Source: a virus (Duplodnaviria > Heunggongvirae > Uroviricota > Caudoviricetes). From it: DNA of 41,096 nucleotides. Numbering within the stretch: the first letter of the stretch is position 1; each line of letters opens with the position of its first letter. The position numbers and the translations under genes were made by a program. Where the stretch lies: IMG/VR virus record IMGVR_UViG_2541047851_000007; one strand, 5' to 3'. Under the pieces are notes generated by a model, which did not search any database, had not been told where the DNA came from, and was given only the letters and a program-made list of their open reading frames with translations. This document shows, one piece after another, positions 1 through 8,757 of this stretch.

Positions 1-14
1 GGTTTGGGAGAAGG
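1..14. repeat. Right crossover half-site of invertible tail-fibre segment (partial; rest upstream of window)
   Basis: Positions 1-12 ggtttgggagaa match the reverse complement of 1827-1838 at 11/12. Confidence 0.5.
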
Positions 15-456
15 TGCTCCAGCTATTGGCGTTCCGTTCTTCTGGCCGTCCGCCGCAATGCCAAATTCTGTCATCGACAGCTGGTCCGGTATGGTGTTTT
101 TGAAGTTCAACGGGGCGAAATTTTCTGCCACTGATTACCCTGTGCTGGCGAAAGTGTTTCCTTCGCTGGTATTACCTGAAGCCCGCGGTGATTTCATTCG
201 TATCTGGGATGACGGGCGAGGTGCAGATGGTGGTCGCGAATTATTAAGCTGGCAGGAAGCTACAAACTTTTCTCAGTTTGCCGGGAATATAGGCGGAGGT
301 GCGGGACACGCAATTGACTTTCATGATGGCATCGCCGGAAATCAGCCAGGATTTTCACGATTTAATTTCACCAGTAACTCTGTGGGTGATGGTGTGAATT
401 TTGTTGCTGTCAGACCGCGAAATATTGCATTTAACTTTCTGGTGAGGGCTAAATAA
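4..456 (+). CDS. Alternative tail-fibre C-terminal segment (S'v-like), no own start; expressed only after inversion
   Basis: Frame open to window start; begins GLGEGAPAIG, the same GLGE encoded at the crossover site of the minus-strand fibre gene; tail-fibre-like C-terminus ...RPRNIAFNFLVRAK. Confidence 0.6.
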   Translation: MGEGAPAIGVPFFWPSAAMPNSVIDSWSGMVFLKFNGAKFSATDYPVLAKVFPSLVLPEARGDFIRIWDDGRGADGGRELLSWQEATNFSQFAGNIGGGAGHAIDFHDGIAGNQPGFSRFNFTSNSVGDGVNFVAVRPRNIAFNFLVRAK

Positions 457-1049
457 TGAAACCTGTTTTTGATGAAAATGGGCTGGCTACAGTGCCGGGC
501 GATATGCGTTGTTTTTATTATGATGCTGAAACAACTGAGTATACGGGCTGGTCTGATGAATATATTAATACTGGCGTAAGTATGCCCGCCTGTTCCACTG
601 GTATTGACCCGGGCGAAAACATTCCGGGAAAAGTGGCAGTATTTACGGGTAAGGGATGGAGCCATGAAGAAGACCATCGCAATGAGACTGTTTACTCAAC
701 AGAAAATGGTGCAGCTGTTACAGTGGATTATATCGGTGCCATCAAAGACGGTTATGTCACGCTTTCACCGTTAACGCCATACGATAAATGGGATGGTGAG
801 AAATGGGTGACGGATACCGAGGCACAGCATAGCGCCGCAGTAGGCGCGGCAGAAGCACAGCGCCAGTCGCTGATTGATGCAGCAATGGCTTCCATTAGTC
901 TGATTCAGCTGAAATTACAGGCCGGGCGGAAACTGACGCAGGCAGAAACAACCCGGCTTAACGCTGTGCTGGATTACATTGACGCGGTGACGGCAACAGA
1001 TACCAGCACCGCGCCGGATGTCATCTGGCCTGAACTGACGGAGGCGTAG
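456..1049 (+). CDS. Tail fibre assembly protein (partner of alternative fibre segment)
   Basis: 197 aa; Tfa-like C-terminus (LNAVLDYIDAV...APDVIWPE); start overlaps stop of upstream fibre segment. Confidence 0.7.
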   Translation: MKPVFDENGLATVPGDMRCFYYDAETTEYTGWSDEYINTGVSMPACSTGIDPGENIPGKVAVFTGKGWSHEEDHRNETVYSTENGAAVTVDYIGAIKDGYVTLSPLTPYDKWDGEKWVTDTEAQHSAAVGAAEAQRQSLIDAAMASISLIQLKLQAGRKLTQAETTRLNAVLDYIDAVTATDTSTAPDVIWPELTEA

Positions 1050-1461
1050 GCCATTCAATATCTGGCGCACTGGAAGTATCGACCATTTCCAGTGCGTCCA
1101 GGTAATCCAGCCACAAATTATATTGCGCCAGTTCCTCACCTTTCAGACGACCAATAGCCGCTTTACCAGGCCATTGTTTACTGTTCATATAATCGTTGGC
1201 CTGATTAATCAATTGCTGCTTTTCCAGTTCGGCTGCAGCAATCTGTTCCTCATGCGTTGGTGGTGGAATTTCAGACCATGCAGGAAAACCATTTTCTCCA
1301 GCGATACGGATTTTTCCTTCCGGCGGTAATCCGGAAAACTCAATATACACTTGCTCATCAACTTCAACAGCATCATCTGGCCATGAGTCAGCTTGCGTGT
1401 AATCCTCTTTCATCTCCAAGGGATAGAAAGAGTTTGTAGTCGCGGAATATATGTAATTCAT
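1021..1461 (-). CDS. Tail fibre assembly protein (partner of currently expressed fibre)
   Basis: 146 aa; C-terminus NLWLDYLDALEMVDTSSAPDIEWP is paralogous to the plus-strand Tfa; the two genes converge and overlap. Confidence 0.7.
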   Translation of the reverse strand: MNYIYSATTNSFYPLEMKEDYTQADSWPDDAVEVDEQVYIEFSGLPPEGKIRIAGENGFPAWSEIPPPTHEEQIAAAELEKQQLINQANDYMNSKQWPGKAAIGRLKGEELAQYNLWLDYLDALEMVDTSSAPDIEWPTPPSVQAR

Positions 1462-1487
1462 TTTTCACTCCATAAAGTTAAAAGAAA

Positions 1488-2195
1488 TTAACACCCTAAT
1501 GCGAAAAATGAAGCACCGATACCGGGTACGCCTGCTCTGGAAATAAATTTCACCGGGTCCTGGTTATAACCGGCACAAGCTATATAGCCAACATTTGCAC
1601 TGCCGGGAGTGTAATCCTGAGTCGCAAATACCCGCAGACATCTGTTCGGAAATGCAATCGGAAAATAGGTTACTGTGTCCTGAGACGTCAGCGGAACATC
1701 AATTGGCCCCCATTGAATAATTAAACCGGATGGCAATTTTTGATATCCAGGAACTGAAGCAGAAAGCATAAAACTACCCATATCAGGTATCTGATTCGTC
1801 CCTGTCCCCACATTCCTTTTTGCCGCCTCTCCCAAACCAAGGTTTTCGAGAGCCGTTTTCACCGTGCCATCCGATTTGATATCGCCAAACGGATTCTTGC
1901 GGCTCAGGTATTCAACAGCAAACCCCGATCCCAGCAATTCAACAAAACCGGGCAGATCACCATTATCAAGCACATCCCGTTGCGTTTTGTCACTTACAAA
2001 CTGGGCCAGAGCTGCAGCAATAAAGCTGGCCTGCCGAATAACCTTATTGACTTGCGCACTGGATGCTTTCCCTGCTGTAAATCCGGATAAAAGCGCAGGC
2101 AACGCTTCCCATTCCTCCTGCGACATAACATTGGCATTTTTACCCGTTGCGAATGCTTTAAAGTCATTTTTTGCCATCAGAGTAATACTCCCCAT
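1488..2195 (-). CDS. Tail fibre protein (constant N-terminus + variable C-terminus in current orientation)
   Basis: 235 aa; residues about 117-123 (ENLGLGE) are encoded by the crossover site; sits after baseplate genes. Confidence 0.65.
   Translation of the reverse strand: MGSITLMAKNDFKAFATGKNANVMSQEEWEALPALLSGFTAGKASSAQVNKVIRQASFIAAALAQFVSDKTQRDVLDNGDLPGFVELLGSGFAVEYLSRKNPFGDIKSDGTVKTALENLGLGEAAKRNVGTGTNQIPDMGSFMLSASVPGYQKLPSGLIIQWGPIDVPLTSQDTVTYFPIAFPNRCLRVFATQDYTPGSANVGYIACAGYNQDPVKFISRAGVPGIGASFFALGC
1827..1852. repeat. Hin/Gin/Pin-type recombination (crossover) site inside tail-fibre gene
   Basis: ctctcccaaacc-aa-ggttttcgagag: imperfect 12-bp inverted halves around a central AA; core AAACCAAGGTTTT as in hix/gix sites (recalled from memory). 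Confidence 0.6.
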
Positions 2196-2857
2196 GCCCC
2201 TACATCAAAACCACTGATGAATTCGTTATCCATATCAAAACCAAAAAATTTTGAACCTTCCGATGGGGTTTCCACCGAAGGTGTTTCAATGCCACCCGCC
2301 CACACCCCGGCGGCTTTTACTGTGAGATATCCCTGTTTAATTGCAGCAATTAACTCACGCGATACATCTGAAATATCAGTATCAGGAAAGACCCAGACCG
2401 ATATCGTCATGTCCTGGTTATCGACTATCTGCATTCGCAGCCCGGATCCTGCTGTTGCCGCGTCAAGAATTACCGGAAGCGAATCATTCCGTCCGTCCCA
2501 GTTATTAATCGCAATCTTCGCTTTAAGGATGACACGATAAGTTTCATCGCTGAGGTACATGTATCCGGAATCAGGATCGTATGGCCCCTGCCATACACCC
2601 TGATCATATCCAAGCCCGTCGGTATCCCAGCTGAAATAGACACCTGAGATAGGCTGGCTGACAACACGGCTACGTCCGATCCACAATCCAAGAATGTCAA
2701 GTTGCACACCAACCGCGGAGTCAATATCAAATGCAGTAATCAACCCTCTGGTGGCCGCCGCAACATCAATAAGCGGCCGGGTCATCAGATCAACATGCGC
2801 AAGAAATTTAGGTTTGGTGGCGTGGTAGTTCGTGATTAGTTCGGTGTATTTGCTCAT
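2177..2857 (-). CDS. Baseplate/tail-fibre-proximal protein (YmfQ / Mu gp48-like)
   Basis: 226 aa; position between J-like baseplate gene and fibre; family assignment from memory. Confidence 0.5.
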   Translation of the reverse strand: MSKYTELITNYHATKPKFLAHVDLMTRPLIDVAAATRGLITAFDIDSAVGVQLDILGLWIGRSRVVSQPISGVYFSWDTDGLGYDQGVWQGPYDPDSGYMYLSDETYRVILKAKIAINNWDGRNDSLPVILDAATAGSGLRMQIVDNQDMTISVWVFPDTDISDVSRELIAAIKQGYLTVKAAGVWAGGIETPSVETPSEGSKFFGFDMDNEFISGFDVGAWGVLL

Positions 2858-4053
2858 GACTCCACCGTTATAACGATATTTTCCGGGGTACAGGACGCAG
2901 ATTCGTTGTATCTGATATCAATGTTTGATGACGACAAAGCCCCCGGGGATTTCCCAATCGTCAGTTCCTGAATATCGTAATAGCGTGCATTCCCGCCACT
3001 CACCACGCCAAGATTCGCCGGTGAGTAAATGCGACTTAAAAGGACCGAATCACCAATCATCAGACTATTGATATAGTCGGAAATAGCCTGCTGGATCTGC
3101 TGCCCTATCTGTGAGGTATAACCCGTAAAAACTTTTAATTTAATCCGGGCATAAACAGGCACATCACTGGAACGCGAGAATTTGATTACATGGGGATTGC
3201 CGTATTTATCCGGAACCGTAACGGATGTTGTACCGTGAGTGGCTGTCCCCTGGCCTTTATTTCCTCTGATAGCCTGAGCAATATCCGTCACATCACCGCC
3301 ATCCACAATTACAGCAACAGAGTGTGGCGGTAACCCGTTACCGTCCTCTGAACCAGTATCGTTTTCATAGAGTTTGTGGCGGGTTACACCGGTAACATTA
3401 GAAACAGCACCATCCAGTGCTTCAAATGGGGTTATTGATGGCAACGCAACACTTTGCGACTGACGGATACGTAACTCCGCATCAGTTTCTGCCGGAGTGC
3501 CTACAGTAGCTGCAGCAGGATTGGTTACCGAAACCCAGCCACGGGTTGGCGTATTAATTTCAGTGATAGTTCCAGCCAGCGCCGCCACTGCACCACTGAC
3601 GGAACATGTTGCGGTCGCCATCACTGTACCATCCACGCCGACCACCACTGAAGCAGGCAAACGCCATATCACATTATTACCATCTTTCACGCTGCCATTA
3701 ATGATGGTTGTTCCGGCAGTTCCTGTAAGAAGCAAATCAACCGTAGAGTTCGTCGCGCCTTTACGTGAAATACCATTTATTTTCACGTTACTGGTCAGTG
3801 CAGCCCCATAGCCGGTTGCCGGTGAAAAACAGTTGTAGACAGTTATCGCAGTATTATTGGCATCATGAATCGCCAGCGCCATCAGAGCCACCATCTGGCC
3901 GTCTTTGCTGTCCGGTTCGAGGTAGGCATCACTGCCATAAATCTGCTGAAAATAGCTAATCAGGGTGCTGAGTATCGTCTGATAATCAGGCGCACTGATC
4001 CCCTCCGCGGTTACCTTTGCAGATAAACCGAGAGAATCAAGGTTCAGAGCCAT
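2854..4053 (-). CDS. Baseplate J-like protein
   Basis: 399 aa; size and position in baseplate cluster. Confidence 0.6.
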   Translation of the reverse strand: MALNLDSLGLSAKVTAEGISAPDYQTILSTLISYFQQIYGSDAYLEPDSKDGQMVALMALAIHDANNTAITVYNCFSPATGYGAALTSNVKINGISRKGATNSTVDLLLTGTAGTTIINGSVKDGNNVIWRLPASVVVGVDGTVMATATCSVSGAVAALAGTITEINTPTRGWVSVTNPAAATVGTPAETDAELRIRQSQSVALPSITPFEALDGAVSNVTGVTRHKLYENDTGSEDGNGLPPHSVAVIVDGGDVTDIAQAIRGNKGQGTATHGTTSVTVPDKYGNPHVIKFSRSSDVPVYARIKLKVFTGYTSQIGQQIQQAISDYINSLMIGDSVLLSRIYSPANLGVVSGGNARYYDIQELTIGKSPGALSSSNIDIRYNESASCTPENIVITVES

Positions 4054-4406
4054 TACGCCTCCGATGTAACAGTCGTTATTCCATAAAGAGTGTCGATTTC
4101 AGCGGAAAACATGACACGTCGGGTCGTGGTATCCAGCGTCGTATTGAAAGAGAGGATTGATTTAACGCCCTGCGTTTCGAGGATGCGCTTACGGATCGCC
4201 AGGTTGTAGGTTTCCGGCTTCTGCTTACCGAGTACGGACTGGATCCACGGAGTCCCCTCGGTGGTGTCGAGAAACCATTGCCCATACCACAATTCGAATC
4301 GTGTTTTTACCGCCTGCGCCACGGCCTCCGGTGAGTTAATCAGCCAGGTGTCATCACCGCTGCCAAAGGTGTAATCGCCATCGGCGTCTTCACGTCTGTA
4401 TCGCAT
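4053..4406 (-). CDS. Baseplate wedge protein (gp25/W-like)
   Basis: 117 aa; between spike-like and J-like genes; coupled start/stop. Confidence 0.5.
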   Translation of the reverse strand: MRYRREDADGDYTFGSGDDTWLINSPEAVAQAVKTRFELWYGQWFLDTTEGTPWIQSVLGKQKPETYNLAIRKRILETQGVKSILSFNTTLDTTTRRVMFSAEIDTLYGITTVTSEA

Positions 4407-5158
4407 CAGTTTACCCCGTCGGTACTGCTTTCACCGCGCTGAACACCACCATGAGTGTGCGTATCATCGATTGGCTTGCCGTTAGCCTTCACGCCCCCCA
4501 AAAACTCAACAGCACCAGTGATTTTTGAAGCCACACCAGAAACCACAGACCCCACCATGCCCCCCATCCAGGTTAACAGGCCATGAATGGTTACTTTCTC
4601 AGAAAAATCAGCCAGGGGGGCAACCACATCAAGACCACCTGGAGCGACAATTTTAATTTTCCTGGTATCAGGATTAAGCTCAAAATAGGTGCTGCCGTCA
4701 TCACTACGCAACTGTGTGGCACTGGTATTAATACCGCTAATCTTCCTTGCCTGCGACTGGGGACCGACAATACAAAACGCATCCGATAAATCATGCATTC
4801 TGTCATCGACCGACTCCTGTATCCCGCCACTCTGCCACCAGAAATCAATACAACGATCGGCAAAAATCACCAAACATTCATCACCGGCTTTAACTGGGAA
4901 CGTTAGCGTACATCCTCCGCCGCGCGGGAATACCACTGGCACATCCACCAGCAATGGGTAATTTTTGGTAATGCGGTTGCCGTCATTATCCTTTTCAACC
5001 GAACGGATAGCAGGCTGCACAACTGCCGTCACCGCATCAGGATCGAATGACTGAATAATGCCAGGCAAGGCGACACGGATCTGGTTCTTTGTTGTTTCCC
5101 GTTCAGATTTGAATGTTTCGGCAAGGTCGCCGCTGCGGGTCTGGTCAGATACTGCCAT
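4406..5158 (-). CDS. Baseplate spike protein (gpV/Mu gp45-like)
   Basis: 250 aa; C-terminal Gly-rich tail with HTHGG motif typical of spike tips. Confidence 0.55.
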   Translation of the reverse strand: MAVSDQTRSGDLAETFKSERETTKNQIRVALPGIIQSFDPDAVTAVVQPAIRSVEKDNDGNRITKNYPLLVDVPVVFPRGGGCTLTFPVKAGDECLVIFADRCIDFWWQSGGIQESVDDRMHDLSDAFCIVGPQSQARKISGINTSATQLRSDDGSTYFELNPDTRKIKIVAPGGLDVVAPLADFSEKVTIHGLLTWMGGMVGSVVSGVASKITGAVEFLGGVKANGKPIDDTHTHGGVQRGESSTDGVN

Positions 5159-5174
5159 TTAGTAGGCTCCAGAA

Positions 5175-5200
5175 AGCAAAAAACCCGCCGAAGCGGGTTT
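5175..5200 (-). terminator. Intrinsic terminator downstream of HEPN cassette
   Basis: Minus strand AAACCCGC-UUCG-GCGGGUUU followed by UUUUGCUUUCU. Confidence 0.6.
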
Positions 5201-5217
5201 GATAACGTTAATTTTAT

Positions 5218-5613
5218 TCATGAAACTCTAGCAGACTTTAGCTGTTCCCAGCGCTCAAAATAGAGTTCAGCAGCCTCGATTGCATCCTGTCCCATCTCTT
5301 TCGAAACAGTCACATTCGTCAGATCATAGTCAGCTTCATTTCTAGCATCCCGCCACTGGCGAAGTACGAAAGCTAGGGATTTCAGTGTATTTGTCGGGTA
5401 TGGCTCTGATTTGCACTCTGAGGGCGTTGACATATAACCCACAGTATTTTTGTGATGCTCATGGGTAAAATGCGGTATGGCAGTAAGTGAGCTAATAGAC
5501 TCATGTAACATACTGTAATACGCCCTTGAGATAGCGCTTCGAAATCCACTCTCAATATTTTCAGACAGACATAATCGAGCGGTATCGAGAATCTGATTGC
5601 TAGTTACCGACAT
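5218..5613 (-). CDS. HEPN-domain protein (moron, second gene of cassette)
   Basis: 131 aa; N-terminal SRAYYSMLHES and C-terminal WRDARNEADYD...AIEAAELYFE resemble canonical HEPN helices; AT-rich; RBS GGGGTGAG. Confidence 0.55.
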   Translation of the reverse strand: MSVTSNQILDTARLCLSENIESGFRSAISRAYYSMLHESISSLTAIPHFTHEHHKNTVGYMSTPSECKSEPYPTNTLKSLAFVLRQWRDARNEADYDLTNVTVSKEMGQDAIEAAELYFERWEQLKSARVS

Positions 5614-6373
5614 GGTAGCTCACCCCCGTATGCAACTGACGCGGAGAGGTAAATCTAGCTAACAGGGAACAATCATCCAGTTTAGATTCAGCGCAGACTC
5701 TATCAGCCAAGTCGAAGTTCATTTTGGCAATAGTTTTAGGCTCAAGATTTTTAATATCAACAACATAGCAACCGCTTCCACTAAGCTGAACGAAACCTGT
5801 CGTAGCCTTGTATTCACTTAGCAAGCCCCAGATTATGGATGCTAAGGTCTGGAACTGTTCCTTCGAGCACTGTGTGGCGCTATAGAAATTATCCATTTCT
5901 GCAAGGAGTTCTTCTTTGTGCTTCATAGCATTACTCCTGCCTTCTGATTCAGAAAGAAGCTTAATGTGCTCTTCCATATAAAATTTTAACTGTTCACGCT
6001 CGCCGCAACGGTACGCCCAACTGTATGCGTTGTGACTAAAGAGTTTTGTCCGATACTTCTTTGCCAGCGGGACATAGACATCCTTGAGTTCATTATAGCT
6101 AAATGTATTAATTAAAATGTGATGATAGTGCATTGCCAACGTTACATCGTTTACTTCTAGGCTTATCCTGAGATAACGTAACGCGCTTTCAATCTTTCCG
6201 GTTATTGCATCCAGATAAGATAGTGCAATGTTGGTAGCAGGCGTTGGAGAGACAGAAAGTTCCTCTCGAATTTTCTTTTCAGTGAAGGGATCTAAACTTT
6301 CCCTATCCAATAGAAGCGCATTGAATTGTTCAATATATTTTTGCGCTTTTTCTAATGGGATGCCTGCCGCCAT
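5600..6373 (-). CDS. Hypothetical all-alpha protein (moron, first gene of cassette)
   Basis: 257 aa; overlaps the HEPN gene by 14 bp; AT-rich; no recognisable motif. Confidence 0.55.
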   Translation of the reverse strand: MAAGIPLEKAQKYIEQFNALLLDRESLDPFTEKKIREELSVSPTPATNIALSYLDAITGKIESALRYLRISLEVNDVTLAMHYHHILINTFSYNELKDVYVPLAKKYRTKLFSHNAYSWAYRCGEREQLKFYMEEHIKLLSESEGRSNAMKHKEELLAEMDNFYSATQCSKEQFQTLASIIWGLLSEYKATTGFVQLSGSGCYVVDIKNLEPKTIAKMNFDLADRVCAESKLDDCSLLARFTSPRQLHTGVSYHVGN

Positions 6374-6468
6374 GGATTATTTCTCTTACTAAAGGGATTG
6401 TGATTGTGAACTTTGAACAATATCTCGTCAACCTTAAAGCGCTCATCTCGGAAGATTGACATCAAACT
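6374..6468 (-). promoter_or_regulatory. Candidate promoter of HEPN cassette
   Basis: Minus strand TTGACG - 17 bp - CACAAT, then RBS-like AAGAG before the ATG. Confidence 0.3.
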
Positions 6469-6801
6469 TTAGCGTAACGCCTTTTTACACGGGAAAGATC
6501 CAATGATTTTCGGCGCGTCCATGCTGTTCTGCAGCAGCTGGACGTTCAGGAAAGCTTTTCCGTTACGTTTCACAAACTCAAAGCCGTAATTGTTACCATC
6601 ACGGGAAGGCATCAGGCCCATGTCCATTTTCATGTTTGAATAGTCACCATCTTTTCCCAGAAATTTTATCTTCTGTGATGTGACAGTTTCACCGTTAATA
6701 ACAGTCATTCCGTCACCGGTCATCGTGTAGTTGCCGCACTGAATTGCAGCCATCGCCGGAGCAGTAACCATCATAACTAACGCCAAACATAACCGTTTCA
6801 T
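6469..6801 (-). CDS. Small exported protein (signal peptide), unknown function
   Basis: 110 aa; N-terminal MKRLCLALVMMVTAPAMA-AI signal-peptide-like; two Cys; start overlaps stop of upstream baseplate gene. Confidence 0.5.
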   Translation of the reverse strand: MKRLCLALVMMVTAPAMAAIQCGNYTMTGDGMTVINGETVTSQKIKFLGKDGDYSNMKMDMGLMPSRDGNNYGFEFVKRNGKAFLNVQLLQNSMDAPKIIGSFPCKKALR

Positions 6802-7865
6802 TAAAGCACTCTTTCCCTCGCTGATGAGGAAACAAGATCCGCCGCGCCACGCGCTTCACACATCATATCCATGTACCACGCCTGGCCCCTTGTGTCGCCA
6901 GTGTACATAATCCCGCGCACAATATAAACGCCATCCGTTGCGATGCTGGCAGGCTGCGATGTGGTGCCGCTGAGCGTGATATTTCCGTCCGTGTTCTGGT
7001 CGGTGATCTGACCACCAGCCATCGCAATATCGTTGTTCGACAACGCGGTACGATAGACGGAAGCCTGATCCAGCTGAATGAGCCCGTTAACCCGGATGTT
7101 CGGATTAATAAGCGCGCGGACGTTTACGCCGTTACCGATAGTCTGCTGCGGCATTCCAATAAGCCCGGTAGCGCTGTTGAGCACAATCGCTTCGTGAACA
7201 TATTCGTTATTCGCCACCATCTGGCGCTGACCGTCCACGAATTGCCATGTTGCGCCACATTGTCCGGCTACGTTATCCATTAGATGCCGCGTCATGCCAA
7301 AGAGTACCCGCCCCCGAGGGAATACAGTAGCAGGCATTTCAGGCGTCAGGCCTTCTGTCGCGCCTTTGGCTTCGAAGTCTTTCATCAGCGCACGGTTCAC
7401 ATCAGCGACCGTGTAACCGGCAGCCAGCGTCTGTGAGGTTATACTGGTAGCAAAAGCCAGATCAGTATCTGCTGCCTGAATCAGGACGTAGGTATCAACC
7501 GGACTGTCTTTTCCTGTGACCGAGTAGCGAATTTCACCGCTGAAAATCAGTCCGTAGTTGCGGCCATCTCTCTGGCCCACGTCCGCCGCGTCAACTTCCC
7601 GCACGGTCCCTACGTCGCTTGCTGACACCTCCGGCGCGATACCGTCGTAACCGGCAATCAGACGCACTTTCGAAAACTCCTGCCCGGTAATTCGGTTCAC
7701 AGTATCTGCCGAGAGGTTATAAATTTTGATAGTCCCTACCCGGGACGCGCTGCTGATGTTGAACCAGTCGATCGTAAAGGTGACTTTGAAATCACTTAGC
7801 TCAATTCCCTGACCGTTCCCGTCCACAAGCTGCAGCTCGAAATGTCTCATCCAGTTCTGTGACAT
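6801..7865 (-). CDS. Baseplate hub-like protein (Mu gp44-like)
   Basis: 354 aa; position between tape-measure-proximal genes and spike. Confidence 0.45.
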   Translation of the reverse strand: MSQNWMRHFELQLVDGNGQGIELSDFKVTFTIDWFNISSASRVGTIKIYNLSADTVNRITGQEFSKVRLIAGYDGIAPEVSASDVGTVREVDAADVGQRDGRNYGLIFSGEIRYSVTGKDSPVDTYVLIQAADTDLAFATSITSQTLAAGYTVADVNRALMKDFEAKGATEGLTPEMPATVFPRGRVLFGMTRHLMDNVAGQCGATWQFVDGQRQMVANNEYVHEAIVLNSATGLIGMPQQTIGNGVNVRALINPNIRVNGLIQLDQASVYRTALSNNDIAMAGGQITDQNTDGNITLSGTTSQPASIATDGVYIVRGIMYTGDTRGQAWYMDMMCEARGAADLVSSSARERVL

Positions 7866-7867
7866 GC

Positions 7868-8170
7868 TTACTCCGTTGATACCAGTAAATGGCTGCGACC
7901 GCCCAGGTCAGTTTTTGTGGGGTAATCCTGTGTGTTGTCATCACAGACCACCACCAGCTTAAAACCAAGCCCCATACAGGCGTACTGCGCCAGCAGGTCA
8001 GCACCAGTGACGAGAGGAATACCGGAGATTACCGGCTCCCCTCTGTCGTTCTGCAGGTCCATAATCCAGTACAGATCGCGCCATATGATGCTAATCCGCC
8101 AGGTGACACCACCCAGGACGATGCTGAACTGCTGGTTGTCCGCTGTCAGCGGAATTTCCTGAATTGTCAT
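7868..8170 (-). CDS. Tail/baseplate-associated hypothetical protein
   Basis: 100 aa; coupled within tail operon. Confidence 0.4.
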   Translation of the reverse strand: MTIQEIPLTADNQQFSIVLGGVTWRISIIWRDLYWIMDLQNDRGEPVISGIPLVTGADLLAQYACMGLGFKLVVVCDDNTQDYPTKTDLGGRSHLLVSTE

Positions 8171-8757
8171 TAGCCGCCCCCCAGTAATGACGCCACGTTA
8201 CCCGTGATGCTTTTCAGCAGTGAAGTATCTGGAGGCTTTGTGGTTTTGTTGCCGCTGTTCTGTACCGCCGACGTGCTGGCCCCTTCCTTCATGTTGGTTT
8301 TATCCGCGACGGTAATCTGCTGTGTCCGGGAGATAATGACCTCCCTCAGGGTGAGGACAGCGGACAGGACGTTTTCGGTTGTCTTGTCCGTCGTCACTTC
8401 CAGCGCCCGGATCAACATGTTGCTGTACAGCCGTTTACCGGTTACCACATCGAAGGGGATACGGCTTTCCTGCAGACCCAGTAGCTCCTGATACGTCTGC
8501 TGAGGACTCAGGCCGAGCAGGCTGGTAGCCGTCAGGTTACTGGCAAAATCCAGCAATGCGCCGCCACCGGCGAAACCAACCTCCATCACCACTTCTGACG
8601 GTTTTTTATAGGCATGATCAGCGACAGCGGCCCCGACCTCTACCGGATGCTCTGTTATTTCAAGCATATCTGTATGCTTCTCTGAAATAACAACACTGGG
8701 AACAATCATTCCTATTTTTCTGCTCTGCTGATGAAAAAGTGTAGAGAGAATATCCAC
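8170..8757 (-). CDS. Tail/baseplate-associated hypothetical protein
   Basis: 195 aa; immediately downstream of tape measure gene. Confidence 0.4.
   Translation of the reverse strand: MDILSTLFHQQSRKIGMIVPSVVISEKHTDMLEITEHPVEVGAAVADHAYKKPSEVVMEVGFAGGGALLDFASNLTATSLLGLSPQQTYQELLGLQESRIPFDVVTGKRLYSNMLIRALEVTTDKTTENVLSAVLTLREVIISRTQQITVADKTNMKEGASTSAVQNSGNKTTKPPDTSLLKSITGNVASLLGGG

Noticed and set aside
4-456. Treating 4-456 as an independent gene with a TTG start
   Set aside because: Frame is open to the window edge and the first codons are the crossover site shared with the minus-strand fibre gene; it is a promoterless alternative C-terminal segment
5600-6373. Interpreting the 257-aa protein as the MNT antitoxin of a HEPN/MNT pair
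   Set aside because: No N-terminal nucleotidyltransferase motif and the protein is more than twice the usual MNT size; left as unknown
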